The notes: generated from the sequence alone by a model not told the origin. DNA of 64,000 nt from an uncultured Armatimonadetes bacterium (GCA_963716175.1 OY970296.1:1952001-2016000), one strand, 5' to 3'; positions 29,090-40,763 are shown, counted from the first letter of the stretch. Program-made: numbers and translations.

Positions 29090-30730
29090 ATGAGATGCGC
29101 TCGACTGGGTCTGAGCCTCCTCTTCGTGCTCGCCATCGTGCCGCTAGGTGCATTCGGCGAGGGCACGAGTCCGCCGCCTGGTCTGCCACTGCCCAGCACC
29201 GGGCTGGTGCTCGATCAGAAGCTCACCGTCGGCGACATCACTGTCAGTTATCCCCAGGGCCTGGAGTCGCAGGCGAAGGAGCTTGCTGACATCTGCCAGC
29301 AGGTCATCCCACCTCGCAAAGCGAGGTACCTTGTCGCGGCGCGGGCGTTCTCCGATGAGAAGGCGATAGCACAGCGGGTGGTCGATCTACTCGGTTGCGC
29401 GGACTGCACCGACTCCACCTATCGCGCGCTCTCTCGACTCGCGCAGGACAGCGGGGCCCTGGTTGACACCCTGTTCCTGCCGATGCTCAGCGACGTGCGG
29501 ATCTACCGCGAGGCCGACCTCAGGATCCCCGGCGGCCTACACACCGGTGTGGTGGACTTGGTCTACGACCCGAGTGCGGACCGATTCATGTTCAGCATGG
29601 GCGCTCGGATCACCGGTGAGGGGGCCAGGGCGCCCGCCGGCAAGGGGTTTATGCCAGTCATCGTGAGGGACGACGGCACGTTCAGAAGCGCAGCAGGACT
29701 TGGCCCCGCGGAGGACCTCGCGGGAAAACTGGATGAGACCGCGGTGAGTGGGGCGATTGTGACCCGCGCCGCGCTTATCCACGAAGAGGCAGAGATCGTG
29801 CTGGGGGTTTCGGGCTTCGACCATCCCTTCGCGCGATGGTTCAACGAAGGGGTCGCCAACTGGGTGGCGCTCCAGGTCGTCGCTCAGGTTGCGCCGGAGT
29901 ATCTGCAGCTCTGCCGGGAGCACTTCCTTCCAGGGCGAGAGGCGGACCCATTGCGAGAGAGGATCAACCTGCTCGCCTGGACACAGCTCAGCTATGGGAG
30001 AGGGTTCGTCGTCGCCGGGGATAGCGGTCTGGACGAGGCGCACTACCCCTATGCTACCGAGTTGGTCGAGCGTCTTCTCGATCGGCAGCCACCAGGCACC
30101 CTTGCCAGGGTGGTGGCAAGGGTGAAGGGATCACAATCGCCCGATAGTGATGCCATCTGCCAGGCGTTTCGAGAGGTCACGGGCAAGGATGCCAGGAGTA
30201 TGCTGCTCGAATACGTGCCGACACATGTCCGGGACGGCCTCGCGCAGGGCCTACCCAGCACGAAGCTGCAAGAAGGCTACGCGGCGCTCTCGGCAGACCA
30301 GCTCCCTCAGGCTGCCGCGCGACTCAAGGAGGCGCTTGAGATGAGCCCGTCTGACCCCGACGCACACCTCAACCTGGCGATCATCATGCGCAGGGCCTTA
30401 CGCGGGCCTCAGGTGCCAGACCCAGGGACTGAGCAGCGGCGATGGCAGGAATCGCAGCGCCATATCGCTATCGCTGCCGTGCTCACCAAGCGCGATGCGA
30501 GCCGCCAGTTCCAGATCCATGGGCCAGTTGACGATGAGGCGCGGTACGCGCTTGGCCGGGCGGAGCAGTTCCGGGGACGCACAGAAGAGGCGAAGCGGAT
30601 GCTCTCGAACCTGCCCAAGGACCACCAGGACGCGCAGGCAGCGCTGAGGGAGATCGCAGAGGAGGAGAGGGCGCCCGCGCCGAGCCCGGCGGGCCCTGCG
30701 ACTGAGCCGGCGGCGGGGGACCAGCGATGA
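29090..30730 (+). CDS. secreted TPR protein with degenerate gluzincin-like motif
   Basis: LIHEEAE...WFNEGVANW; C-terminal TPR helices. Confidence 0.7.
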   Translation: MRCARLGLSLLFVLAIVPLGAFGEGTSPPPGLPLPSTGLVLDQKLTVGDITVSYPQGLESQAKELADICQQVIPPRKARYLVAARAFSDEKAIAQRVVDLLGCADCTDSTYRALSRLAQDSGALVDTLFLPMLSDVRIYREADLRIPGGLHTGVVDLVYDPSADRFMFSMGARITGEGARAPAGKGFMPVIVRDDGTFRSAAGLGPAEDLAGKLDETAVSGAIVTRAALIHEEAEIVLGVSGFDHPFARWFNEGVANWVALQVVAQVAPEYLQLCREHFLPGREADPLRERINLLAWTQLSYGRGFVVAGDSGLDEAHYPYATELVERLLDRQPPGTLARVVARVKGSQSPDSDAICQAFREVTGKDARSMLLEYVPTHVRDGLAQGLPSTKLQEGYAALSADQLPQAAARLKEALEMSPSDPDAHLNLAIIMRRALRGPQVPDPGTEQRRWQESQRHIAIAAVLTKRDASRQFQIHGPVDDEARYALGRAEQFRGRTEEAKRMLSNLPKDHQDAQAALREIAEEERAPAPSPAGPATEPAAGDQR

Positions 30731-32304
30731 GGTGGGCAACGGGGATTCCGGGCTTCGCGGTTCTTGCGGGGCTGGCCGGTCTCCAGCCCGCCGTCGCGGC
30801 GGCCGATGTTGGCACCAGACTCCTGGCGAGCGAAACCTGCCTGTCGAAGCTGCCACCCGGCCTCTCCCAACTGGCTATCAGCCCAGATGCCCGTCGTGTC
30901 GCATATGTCCTCCATCAGGGAAGCGGATCGGTAGTAACAGTGGATGGCCGGGCCGGAAGGCGCTATCAGGACGTCCGCGGCCTGGCCTTCAGCCCCGATA
31001 GCAGGCGGCTCGCCTTCGCCGCGAGGAAACGGGTGAAGTGGCTAGTCGTGGCCGACGGGGTCGAAAGCAGGAGCTACGACGATGTCTCCGATCCCCGTTT
31101 CAGCCCAGACAGCAGGCGGCTGATGTTCGAGGTCGGTCGCGGCGGAACCATTGGGCAATCCACTCCCTGGTGGGAGGTGGACAGGAAGAAAGGCCGGGCG
31201 GGGAGGTACCGGCTGGTGGTGAACGGCGTCGAGAGCCGGACCTACGACTGGATCGGCTACTGGGGTGACGTCTTCACCGATAGAGGAGTGGCCTACTGGG
31301 CCAGGAGCGGCCGCAGGCACGTGGTCGTCGTGAACGGTCGGGCGGGCAGGCAGTACGATTGGATCTGGGGGCCATACCTGAGCCCGGACGGCAGACGCAT
31401 AGCATATGTCGGCTCGCAGCGTGAGGGTGCAGATCTCCGCTTCTTCGTGGTGGTGGACGGCGTCCGAAGCGGCGCGTACAGCTTCGTTGGCAAGCAGTTC
31501 TTCGCGTTCAGTCCTGACAGTGAGCACTACGCCTACCTGGCTTACCGCGGCGGCGAACTGGTGATTGTGGCAGACGGCCGGGAACAGATGCTGGGGCCGC
31601 ACTCCCGCGAGAACTTCGCCTATGTGGGTTTCAGCCGAGACGGCAAGCACGTGGCCTACAGCGCGAGAGCATCCGGCGGGGGCCCGTGCGCTGTCGTGCT
31701 CGACGGCAGCGAAGGGAAGGAGTACGACGGGGTCGCGTTCGACAGTCCCCGGTTCAGCCCTGACAGCCGCCGCTTCGCCTACCTTGCCCTGGCCGACCGC
31801 GAATCCTGGGTGGTGGTCGTGGACGGGCAGGAGGGAAAGCACTATGCCGGTGTTGCCGCCGCTTCGCTCGTGTTCTCCCCCAACGGCAGGCACCTTGCCT
31901 ACATCGCGGGCCGCGCCGGGGAGCAGTTCGTAGTCGTTGACGGAGCCGAAGGAAGTGCTTACGACTCCATCGTGAAAGGTTCCCTCCTCTACGCTCCGGA
32001 CAGTAAACACCTAACCTATGTCGCCCTCCGCAACGGCCGTAGGTTCGTTGTTAGCGACGGACGAGCCGGCGGCGGCTATGAGCGCATCGTGGGGCCGGTT
32101 TTCGGTCCTGACAGCACACATGTGGTGTACGGTGCTGTGACCGGGACAAGCGGGGTCCTCGTGGCGGACGGAGCGGAGATGCCCGCGCGGTATTCCGACT
32201 TCCCAAACGCTCGCATCGCCTTCGACACCGCGAACCGCTTTCACGCCGTGGCTCGCAGAGGCAACGATCTTCTGCGCGTCGAGGTGGCAGTCGCTCCGCG
32301 ATGA
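30727..32304 (+). CDS. TolB/WD40-like beta-propeller protein
   Basis: Repeated VVVDG.EG..YD...FSPDSRR; ATGA overlap with the upstream gene. Confidence 0.85.
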   Translation: MRWATGIPGFAVLAGLAGLQPAVAAADVGTRLLASETCLSKLPPGLSQLAISPDARRVAYVLHQGSGSVVTVDGRAGRRYQDVRGLAFSPDSRRLAFAARKRVKWLVVADGVESRSYDDVSDPRFSPDSRRLMFEVGRGGTIGQSTPWWEVDRKKGRAGRYRLVVNGVESRTYDWIGYWGDVFTDRGVAYWARSGRRHVVVVNGRAGRQYDWIWGPYLSPDGRRIAYVGSQREGADLRFFVVVDGVRSGAYSFVGKQFFAFSPDSEHYAYLAYRGGELVIVADGREQMLGPHSRENFAYVGFSRDGKHVAYSARASGGGPCAVVLDGSEGKEYDGVAFDSPRFSPDSRRFAYLALADRESWVVVVDGQEGKHYAGVAAASLVFSPNGRHLAYIAGRAGEQFVVVDGAEGSAYDSIVKGSLLYAPDSKHLTYVALRNGRRFVVSDGRAGGGYERIVGPVFGPDSTHVVYGAVTGTSGVLVADGAEMPARYSDFPNARIAFDTANRFHAVARRGNDLLRVEVAVAPR

Positions 32305-32363
32305 TGTGCCTTCATCCTCTTCTTTGAGGGAGGCTTCTCCCGAACTCTTGGTGTACAGGAGAG

Positions 32364-35182
32364 GTGCTGATGGAGGTTACACCGAGTCTGGCCGGTCTCT
32401 GGGCGGTGGTGCGGTGGCTTTGGGCCCCGCGCACCATCGCGATGGGTCCCGTGTTGCTGGTGACCCTCACTGCACTGGTCGGCAGAGCGGTGCCGACAGG
32501 AACCAGCCTGCGGGCGAGCGTGGCCGGCGGTGCCCAAAGCGCCCCGTGGCGTAGCTATGGCCCGCCACTGCCACTGGGTATGCCATCGGGTCACCGGCGC
32601 AACCAGGGCGAGAGTTACGCGCCCTCCCTCAGCGCCGACGGGCGCTATGTCGCGTTCGCCTCGTCTGCCAGCGACCTGGTAGGTGGTGACACGAACGGCG
32701 CGAGCGACATCTTCGTGTACGACCGGCGGAGGGGAACGACGGAGCGGGTGAGCGTGGCCAGCGACGGCACGCAGGGAGACTTCGATCCGCCGCATACCGT
32801 CCGCGACGCCGGCTACGGCAGCTGGGCTCCCTCCATTAGTGCCAACGGCCGGTACGTGGCCTTCGCCTCGGATGCCAGCAACCTGGTGAGCGATGACACG
32901 AACGACCGCGGGGCATCTTCGTGCATGACCGGCGGACCGGGCGAACGGAGCGGGTGAGCGTGGCCAGCGACGGCCGGGAGGCGAACGGGGACAGCTACCA
33001 CCCCGCGATCAGCGGCGATGGGCGGTACGTGGCGTTCGCGTCGAGGGCCGGCAACCTCGTCGCGAATGACGCTGGCGGGTGGGACGTCTTTGTGCATGAC
33101 CGGCGAACTGGGCGGACAGAGCAGGTGAGCGAGGCCAGCCCTGGCAGGCCGGGCGACGGCAACTTCCCCGCGATCAGCGCCGACGGACGGTACGTCGCGT
33201 TCACCTCAGGCGCGGACAATCTCGTTAAGGGTGACACGAACGGCCGCCGGGACATCTTCGTGCACGATCGGCGGACCGGGCGAACGGAGCGGGTGAGCGT
33301 GGCCAGCGGCGGCAGACAGGCCAGTGCGAACTACCAGTGGTCATTCGTCAGCGCTGGCGGTGACGAGTTCCCGAACATATCGTACACCAGCGACAATGTG
33401 CGGCCCGCCATCAGCGCCCACGGGCGGTATGTGGCGTTCGTGTCGGACGCCAGCGACCTCGTCACGGATGACAGGAATGGCAAGGAGGATGTCTTCGTGC
33501 ATGACCGGCGGACCCGGAGGACGCAGCGGATGCGCGCCTTCGTTGACGGCGGGGAGGGCGAGGCCCGCAACTACTCACCCTCGCTCAGCGCCGACGGGCG
33601 GTATGTTGCCTTCCAGTCGAGAGCCGTAAAGCTAGAGGGAGCCTCCCGCGGGCTATACGGGGATATCTTCGTGCACGACCGGCGGACCGGAAAAACGACG
33701 CGGGTGAGCGTGACCAGCGACGGCACACGGAGGGACCACGGCGACAACTACTGCCCTTCCCTGAGCCGCGACGGGCGCTCTGTTGCGTTTGGCTCATCCG
33801 GCCCGGGCGACTTCCTGGCCGTCGACACCATCGGCTACGGGGACATCCTGGTGTACGATGGGCGGACGCGAAAGGCAGAGCCGGTGCCTACGGGCAAACC
33901 GGGCCGCCCTGGTCGGCTCTATCCCGGCCGCGAGAGCTATCACCCCTCCCTGAGCGGGAATGGGCGGTACGTTGCCTTCGTCTCGTCTGCCAGCAGCCTC
34001 GTGGCTGGAGACACCAACGGACGGCAGGACATCTTCGTACGGGACCGGCAGACCAAGGAGACGGAACGGGTAAGTGTGGCCACCGACGGCAGGCAGGGGA
34101 ACGGCAGCAGCGACTCCCCCTCCGTGAGCGCCGACGGCCGGTATGTCGTGTTTGACTCCTATGCGAGCAGCCTGGCACCCGGCGACAGCAACGGGGTGAG
34201 GGACGTCTTCGTGCGCGACCGGCAGACGGGGAAGACGGAGCGGGTGAGCCTGGCCAGCGACGGCGCCCCAGGCAACGGTGCGAGCCATCGCCCGGCCCTC
34301 AGCGCCGACGGCCGGTACGTTGCGTTCGCCTCTGCGGCCACCAACCTCATAGAGCATGACACGAACGGCCGGGAGGACATCTTCGTGCACGACCGGCAGA
34401 CGGCAAAGACGACGCGGGTGAGCATCACCAGCGACGGTGCACGGGTCGAATACGGCGATAGCTACTCCCCCTCCCTAAGCGCCGACGGGCGGTGCATTGC
34501 GTTCGGTTCGGATGCCCGTGGGCTGGTAGCCACCTACACCGGCAACTGGGGGAACATCTAGATCCACGACCAGCAGACCGGACGCACCGAGCTGATCAGC
34601 GTATCCAGCACGCGTAACATCGGCGGACAAGGGGGGGACACCCCCTGCCTCAGCGCCGACGGGCAGTGCGTGGCCTTCGCCTCCTTTGCGAGGGAACTCG
34701 TGCCCGAGGACAGGAACTTGGCCCGCGATGTCTTCGTGCGAGACCGGCAGCACAGACAGACGCAGCGAGTGAGTGTAGCCAGCACCGGCGCGGAGTCCAA
34801 CGCGGACAGCTACTCCCCCGCCCTCAGTGGGGACGGGAGGTACGTCGCGTTCGTCTCATCAGCGAGCAACCTTGCCGTTGGCGATGGACGTGGAAGACGA
34901 GGCGTCTTCGTACACGACCGGCAGAGCGGACGGACGGAGCGAATCGGCGTCCCCGGCGACAGCGCGAAGAGCGACGCCGAGAGCTACCACCCCTGTCTCA
35001 GTGCCGATGGGCAGTACGTCGCATTCACGGCGAGAAGCCGCGCTCCTGGGAGCGGCGCCGCGAAGGCCGCGAGCGATGTCTTCGTACGCGATCGGTGGAC
35101 GGGCAAGACTGAGCGCGTAAGCGTCGCCAGCGACGGCCCAGCCTTGGCCGCCTGTGTACCGGCTGCGGTCGGGCCGCGATGA
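32364..35182 (+). pseudogene. TolB-like repeat protein (SADGRYVAF) with a frameshift near 32912 and in-frame TAG at 34559-34561
   Basis: Repeats continue across ORFs 32364, 32921 and 34670. Confidence 0.85.
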
Positions 35183-35247
35183 CGTGCCTTCGTCCTCTTC
35201 GAGGGAGGCTTCTCTCGAGCTCTTGGTACACAGGAAGGAGGGCGGCG

Positions 35248-37479
35248 ATGCTGATGGCACGAGGTGTGGCTGATCTGCGAGTCAACGCGCGGCGATTCCG
35301 GTTGCCCGCGCGCCTCACCCTCCCTTCTGTCGTGATGGTGGCAGTTACTGTGCTGACGGGATTCACCACGCGCGAGAGCGTCGCCGGCGATGGCGCGCAG
35401 GGCAGGGGGAGCAGCTTCCATCCCTTCCTCAGCGGTGACGGGCGGTATGTCGCTTTCGAGTCAGGTGTCAGCCACCCTCCCCGCGCCGGCCGTGTACACA
35501 GCGCGACCGGCGTCTTTGTGCGCGACCTACGGACTGGGACGACGGAACTGGCGAGCACTGCCACCGATGGGAGCCCGTTCCGCGAGCCCTGCGGTGCTGA
35601 AGGCATCAGCGCGGACGGGCGCTACGTTCTGTTCTACCGCGATCCCATTGGCCTCTTCGTGCGCGACCGGCAGGCCAGCAGGACGGAGCGGGTGACCGAC
35701 AGCAGCTACTTCGGCGTCCTGAGCGTCGACGGACGGTACGTCGCGTTCATCTCGGATGCCAGCGACCTCGTGGCCGGTGACACGAACGGTGTGATGGACA
35801 TCTTCGTGCATGACCGGCGGACCGGCAAGACCGAGCGGGTAAGCGTTGCCAGCGATGGGACGCAAGGAAACTCGGGAAGTGACTCCCCGTCTCTGAGCGC
35901 TGACGGGCGGTACGTCGCATTCGAGTCGGAGGCCAGCGACCTCGTGGCCGGCAGCACAAACGGCAGGGGTGGCGTTTTCGTGCATGACCGGAGGACCGGG
36001 AAGACCGAGCGGGTGAGCGAGGGCACGTACCCTTGCCTCAGCGCCGACGGCCGGTACGCTGCGTTCGTGTCAGGGGCAAGCGATCTTGTGCCTGGCGACA
36101 CCAACGGCGTGAACGATATCTTTGTGCGCGATCGGCGGACTGGGAAGATGGAGCGGGTGAGCGTGGCCAGCGACGGTACGCTGGCCGACAGGGGCGGGTT
36201 CGTTCCTCGCGAGGGATTTCTGGGCAGCCTCAGTCCTGCCCTCAGCGCCGACGGCCGGTACGTTGCCTTCACTTCGCATGCGACCAACCTCGTGCCCGGC
36301 GACACGAACGGCGCGACCGACATCTTCGTGCACGACCGGTGGACAAGGAAGACGGAGCGAGTGAGCGTGGCCAGCGATGGCGCGCAGGCCAACGGCTCGA
36401 GCAGCGACCGCGAGCGTCCAGCCATCAGCGCCAACGGGCGTTACGTTGCGTTCACCTCTTACGCCAGCAACCTTGTGCCCAGCGACACAAACGGCCAGGG
36501 CGACGTCTTCGTACACGACCGGCGGACTGGAAAGACGGAGCGGGTGAGCCTGTTCCGCGATGAGAGCATCGTCGAGGCCTGGCACCGCGGCGGCTTCAGT
36601 AGTCCCGTCTCGCTGTCTGTCTACCCCGTAGATGGATCCTGCTGGGTGACTGACCCGGCCGCCGCGCGAGTGATCCACCTCGCCATGAGCGGGGAGACCC
36701 TGTGGAGTGGCGGGGACTTCCGTTCCCCCTGCTCGGCGTCCGTCAACTCGCAGGATGGCTCCTGCTAGATCGCTGATTCCCAGGGCAAGCAAGTCGCGCG
36801 CCTCGCCGCAGACGGTTCGGAGGTGTGGCGGAAGGAGGGTCTCACAGCCCCTTCTTCGGTCACGGTCAACCACGACGACGGCTCCTGCTGGGTGACCGAC
36901 GCGGGCGCGCTCATCCACCTGTCCGCGGACGGCACGGAACTCTCGCGAGCACCCGCGTTCGCGACGGGCTCTGCCGTCAACCCGATGGATGGGTCTTCTT
37001 GGGCAAGTGACTGGTCAGACCCAGAGAAAGCGGACAGGCCGGCACATGAGGTGCACTCCGCGCTGGTCCACCTGTCCGCGGATGGCCGGCAGCTCTGGCG
37101 CCTGCCGGCTCAAGGCTGGTATGCCGGCTTCGAGGCCACTGCAGTCAACCCCGTGGACGGGTCGTGCTGGGTCGCTTGGGTTGAACGACGCCACGATGTG
37201 GGGCGGTACGACAGCAAGGTGATCCACTTCGCGGCTGACGGAAGACAGCTCTGGGAGGCCACTGGGTTCGAGCCTGAAATGCGTCTCGCCGCGTCGCTCT
37301 ATGATGGCTCCTGTTGGGTCACGAGCGGGAACCGGCTGACCCACCTCGCTGCGGATGGCAGGGAGCTCTCGCGAGCCCCCGCCGCGGGCGACGAGATCGT
37401 TGCTCCCAACCTAGCGGACAACTCCGTCTGGGTGGCACGGCCCAGCGGCGGCGTGGTACTGCGGCTCTTGGTCTACTGA
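35248..37479 (+). pseudogene. chimeric TolB-like plus DGSCW-repeat propeller protein with in-frame TAG at 36766-36768
   Basis: GSC-TAG-IAD where sister repeats read GSCWVAD; same frame resumes to 37479. Confidence 0.85.
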
Positions 37480-37685
37480 ATCGCCCGCGGGCGAAGGCTC
37501 CACTGCTCGCCGCGGTGGATCACGTCAGGCATCACACGAGGGAGTGCGTTTCGGGATCGCATATCCTAAGCAAACGTTACTCAGGATCGAACCCTCGGAC
37601 CTCGTCCACATCTGGAGACGGTTAGATCCCGGGTAGCGCTTCCTCCACCATGCCTCTCGTTTCGAACCGTCTCTCTCCGGTCAGC

Positions 37686-37711
37686 GGCCGCCTCCGCAAG
37701 GGGCGGTTTTT
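37686..37711 (+). terminator. rho-independent terminator
   Basis: GGCCGCCTC-CGCAAG-GGGCGGTT hairpin running into a T tract. Confidence 0.65.
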
Positions 37712-37856
37712 GTCGTGTAATTCCCTGTCTTTTCGGCGTTTCTACACGCCCCAAACATGTGGACGAGCGGCACCCTTTCAGACGCCAATGCCAAACGTTC
37801 GAGTGGCGGGCGGGCATGGATGCCAGTCTGACCCCAAAGAAGGGACGCATCGGGCT

Positions 37857-38022
37857 GACGACACCGCCCACCCCCGACTCCGGCTACCCCCTCGGCTGGG
37901 AGTCACTGCTCGGGGTTCCGTCGCGTACCGTCGAGCGACGGCTCTTCTCGGACACGCGGGTCACCGCGTTTCGGTTGGCGGCGTGGTGTCAGGCCGGCTC
38001 CACAGGCGTCTGACAGGGACAC
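37857..38022 (+). repeat. junction hairpin repeat copy 6 (type I extension)
   Basis: Aligns with 12149 and 24381 copies. Confidence 0.9.
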
Positions 38023-38139
38023 AATGGCCATGCAGGCCGAGAAGCCCCGTTCTCGGCCTACTTAGGCCTGCACCACGTGGGGTTGGCAAGTACGCGCGGG
38101 TTCAAGTATCCCCTGCAGAACCAGATGCTGCGTTCACGC

Positions 38140-40329
38140 TCAGGAGACAGGCACGAAGTGGGTCCAGACCAGCTTGACCGCGATCCGGGCCTGCGTGGAG
38201 GCTGCGTTGGGGTCTCCCAGGATGAGGAAGATATCGCGCCCGTGCGCAACTCGCTGGCGGTAGGCGGCGTAGAGGTTGATCTTGCCGACCTGGGCATTCG
38301 GCGACGCGCCACTGAGCTCGCGGGGAAGCTGCTCGGCCTCGTAGTAGACCTGCGGCAGCCAGAAGTTAGAGTTCCCTCTCCGGTATACGGCCCGCGCGGT
38401 GATGCTCTTCTCGTCGGACAGATCGTAGGTCGCGGTCAACAGCGCCTGGACGCCGCGGAGATCTTCTGCTGGCTGCTTCGCCTCCAGCCGCACTTGCTCA
38501 AGCCGGACTTGCCAGGAAAAATCCTGCGTCGGCCGGTAGCCTTGTGATAGCTGCAGGAACCGGTATGGTCCACCCAATCGTGCCCCAAGCGTTCCGTCGA
38601 AAGAGCCCCGGGTGTAGAAGTCCTTGTTGTGCCATTCACGATCGAAGTTGAAGCTTCTCTCTGCGAACCCGGCCCGCTCCCCCGTGCCCAGACTCCAGTG
38701 CCACGAAGTGTCGTTTCTCCAATGCAGGTTGTACCCTCCGCTAACATCCCAGCGGGGGCCAGCAGGGTCATCAAAGACACTGCCGTCGACATCCCACCCC
38801 CGAAGTTCTACTGGCCCGGTGTCGGGGAGTCGGTGCATGTTCAGCGACAGGCCGCCACCTCTGATCCCGGTCTCCGGCACATAGCCTACCCCCACCTCAC
38901 GCCGAACTGGGCCCGACTCGGTCTCCTCGGTGACGGTCTGGAAGCTCCTACCAATCTCCTGGTACCATCCCCACCACCCAAGACCGTTCGGCCGGTCGCG
39001 CCCGGCGTCGATGGTCAGGGCGCGCCCGTCGCCACTGGGGCCCTCGGTGTTCCCCTGGAAAACGCTCGCGGCGAGGGAAGCGGACCCGTCGGGCTTTGGC
39101 CAGGTCCATTCTGTCCCGACGTGCATGGCCACGTTGTCTAGGCCCGCGGGCTCGCGATGGTTGACCAGGCCGACTCGCACCTTTCCGCGGTCACCTAGGT
39201 CGTATCCATAGGCCGCCACAAGGTCGTTGGTTCGGTCGGGCTCCAGTGCGTCCAGTAGGCCGACGCTGTGTCGGCCTAGTTTCCCGAAGGTCTTGGCCCC
39301 CAGGTTCACCAGGGCAATACGGCGGCTGTAGAAGATCATCGTGGGCGGGTAGTAGGAGCCAGCGGGCTCGCCCCACTCGGTCTTCTGGCCTCCGCCTTCC
39401 ATGAAGAAGGGCCGGTACTCGGGGAACTCCCGCTCAGTGTAGGTGAAGTCAATGCTCTCCACCACGTCTTCGATGTTGCGGAAGTCCGGCTTGTAGCTGA
39501 GCACCGAGACCAGACCGTTGGGCATCACGTACTTGGTGTCGAGTCCGCCCGAAACCGCCTTGTCCTCGCTGCTGCCGCCAAGGTCGGCCACAAGGTATGG
39601 CATCAGGATGAGTGGTGGGCTGATGGCGGGAGCCGCTATGCCCACCCAGTCTGCATCCCGAGTCAAGTCCAGCGTCTCGCCGCCCTGACCGAGGTCGGGC
39701 CAGCTGCTCCAATCTGACATCCGCGCCAGGTAACGCGCGAAGTGCACCCCGAACGTCTTCTGCCCAGTCGGGTAACGCAGGATGCCGAAGGGGATGGCCA
39801 TCTCCGCGGTCCAGCCATCGGGGACGATCCGTGCCGCGCCGGTCCAGTCTCCTCGCCACTCGTACTTCTCAGCGGACCCGCCAGGGATCTCCTCTCGCTG
39901 CGTGCCTCGAGGAGTTAGCTGGAACGAGTAGGTGGTTCGGTGGTCGTGGCCGACATCCAGCGAGAGCAGAACTGAATCATCCTTGCTGATGTCGCCATTG
40001 CGCTTCCGCTGGAGTGCGTGAATCTGTTGGGGATGGGAGTCATGGCAGTAGAAGGCCGCGTAGACGTTCCGGGAGTCGTAGCAGATCCAAGCCTCAGTTC
40101 GCTCGAATCCCCGCCCTCGTTTCGTCATACGTGAGAAGCCTTCGACGTGGGTGGCCTGCTGCCAGCAGGGGTCATCCAGAGCGCCGTCAATCACGGGCAT
40201 CCTGTCAATGGCTACGGCCTCCGACCGAGGTGGGCCTTCACCCTCGGCCCAGGCCCCGCTTGACATGAGCGCAGCCACCATCGCTGTCAGGAACGCGACG
40301 ATGCAGCGCAATGACCTCATGACCGGCAT
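38140..40329 (-). CDS. CBM9-like / DUF5916 outer-membrane protein
   Basis: PVIDGALDDPCW, WTAEMAIPF, PEYRPFFMEG, FYSRRI. Confidence 0.85.
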   Translation of the reverse strand: MPVMRSLRCIVAFLTAMVAALMSSGAWAEGEGPPRSEAVAIDRMPVIDGALDDPCWQQATHVEGFSRMTKRGRGFERTEAWICYDSRNVYAAFYCHDSHPQQIHALQRKRNGDISKDDSVLLSLDVGHDHRTTYSFQLTPRGTQREEIPGGSAEKYEWRGDWTGAARIVPDGWTAEMAIPFGILRYPTGQKTFGVHFARYLARMSDWSSWPDLGQGGETLDLTRDADWVGIAAPAISPPLILMPYLVADLGGSSEDKAVSGGLDTKYVMPNGLVSVLSYKPDFRNIEDVVESIDFTYTEREFPEYRPFFMEGGGQKTEWGEPAGSYYPPTMIFYSRRIALVNLGAKTFGKLGRHSVGLLDALEPDRTNDLVAAYGYDLGDRGKVRVGLVNHREPAGLDNVAMHVGTEWTWPKPDGSASLAASVFQGNTEGPSGDGRALTIDAGRDRPNGLGWWGWYQEIGRSFQTVTEETESGPVRREVGVGYVPETGIRGGGLSLNMHRLPDTGPVELRGWDVDGSVFDDPAGPRWDVSGGYNLHWRNDTSWHWSLGTGERAGFAERSFNFDREWHNKDFYTRGSFDGTLGARLGGPYRFLQLSQGYRPTQDFSWQVRLEQVRLEAKQPAEDLRGVQALLTATYDLSDEKSITARAVYRRGNSNFWLPQVYYEAEQLPRELSGASPNAQVGKINLYAAYRQRVAHGRDIFLILGDPNAASTQARIAVKLVWTHFVPVS

Positions 40330-40481
40330 GGAGCATCCTCGCCCAGAAGGAGTGGAGTGCCAGCACCAGGCGAGTTGTAGGCGCGTTCCCCTCCATCCGC
40401 CCTCTCGCCCGCTAGTTTCTTCCTCTCGGGCGCATCTGTATCCTTTCGAAGCGCGACCCGACACACTGCCGTCGGAGGTCG

Positions 40482-40577
40482 CGGCTGCCCCCTCGGCTGG
40501 GAGTCAGTGTCTGGGGTTCCGTCGCGGATGAGGACAGCAGCCGCGCCACGGTGGCGATCACAGGCAGCCCCAGCCAG
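40482..40577 (+). repeat. junction repeat copy 7 (right half only, type II extension)
   Basis: CGGCTGCCCCCTCGGCTGGGAGTCAGTGTCTGGGGTTCCGTCGCG plus GCAGCCGCGCCACGGTGGCGATC. Confidence 0.8.
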
Positions 40578-40763
40578 CCCAAGCGCCACCCGGCATCCTT
40601 CTCCGCCCTCCGCGCTCCCCAGAACAGGGGTGTCAGCGACTGGAGAGAATACCGCTACTGAGGCTGCAGCACTGCCTTGGGATGCAAATAAGTTGCTGGA
40701 CACCGCGGGATGCAGGACGCTCCCAGGCGCGGGCGGAGCTGAGGCAGGGGAGGACCGCCGCAG

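Noticed and set aside
34559-36768. Amber recoding or pyrrolysine
   Set aside because: Different consensus residues are replaced, and many intact genes here end at TAG
32364-37479. DGR template and variable repeats among the propeller repeats
   Set aside because: No reverse transcriptase, and differences between repeats are not adenine-specific
37660-37684. tRNA-Ser 3' end
   Set aside because: Several mismatches and no CCA; better explained as the inverted arm of the 37615 motif
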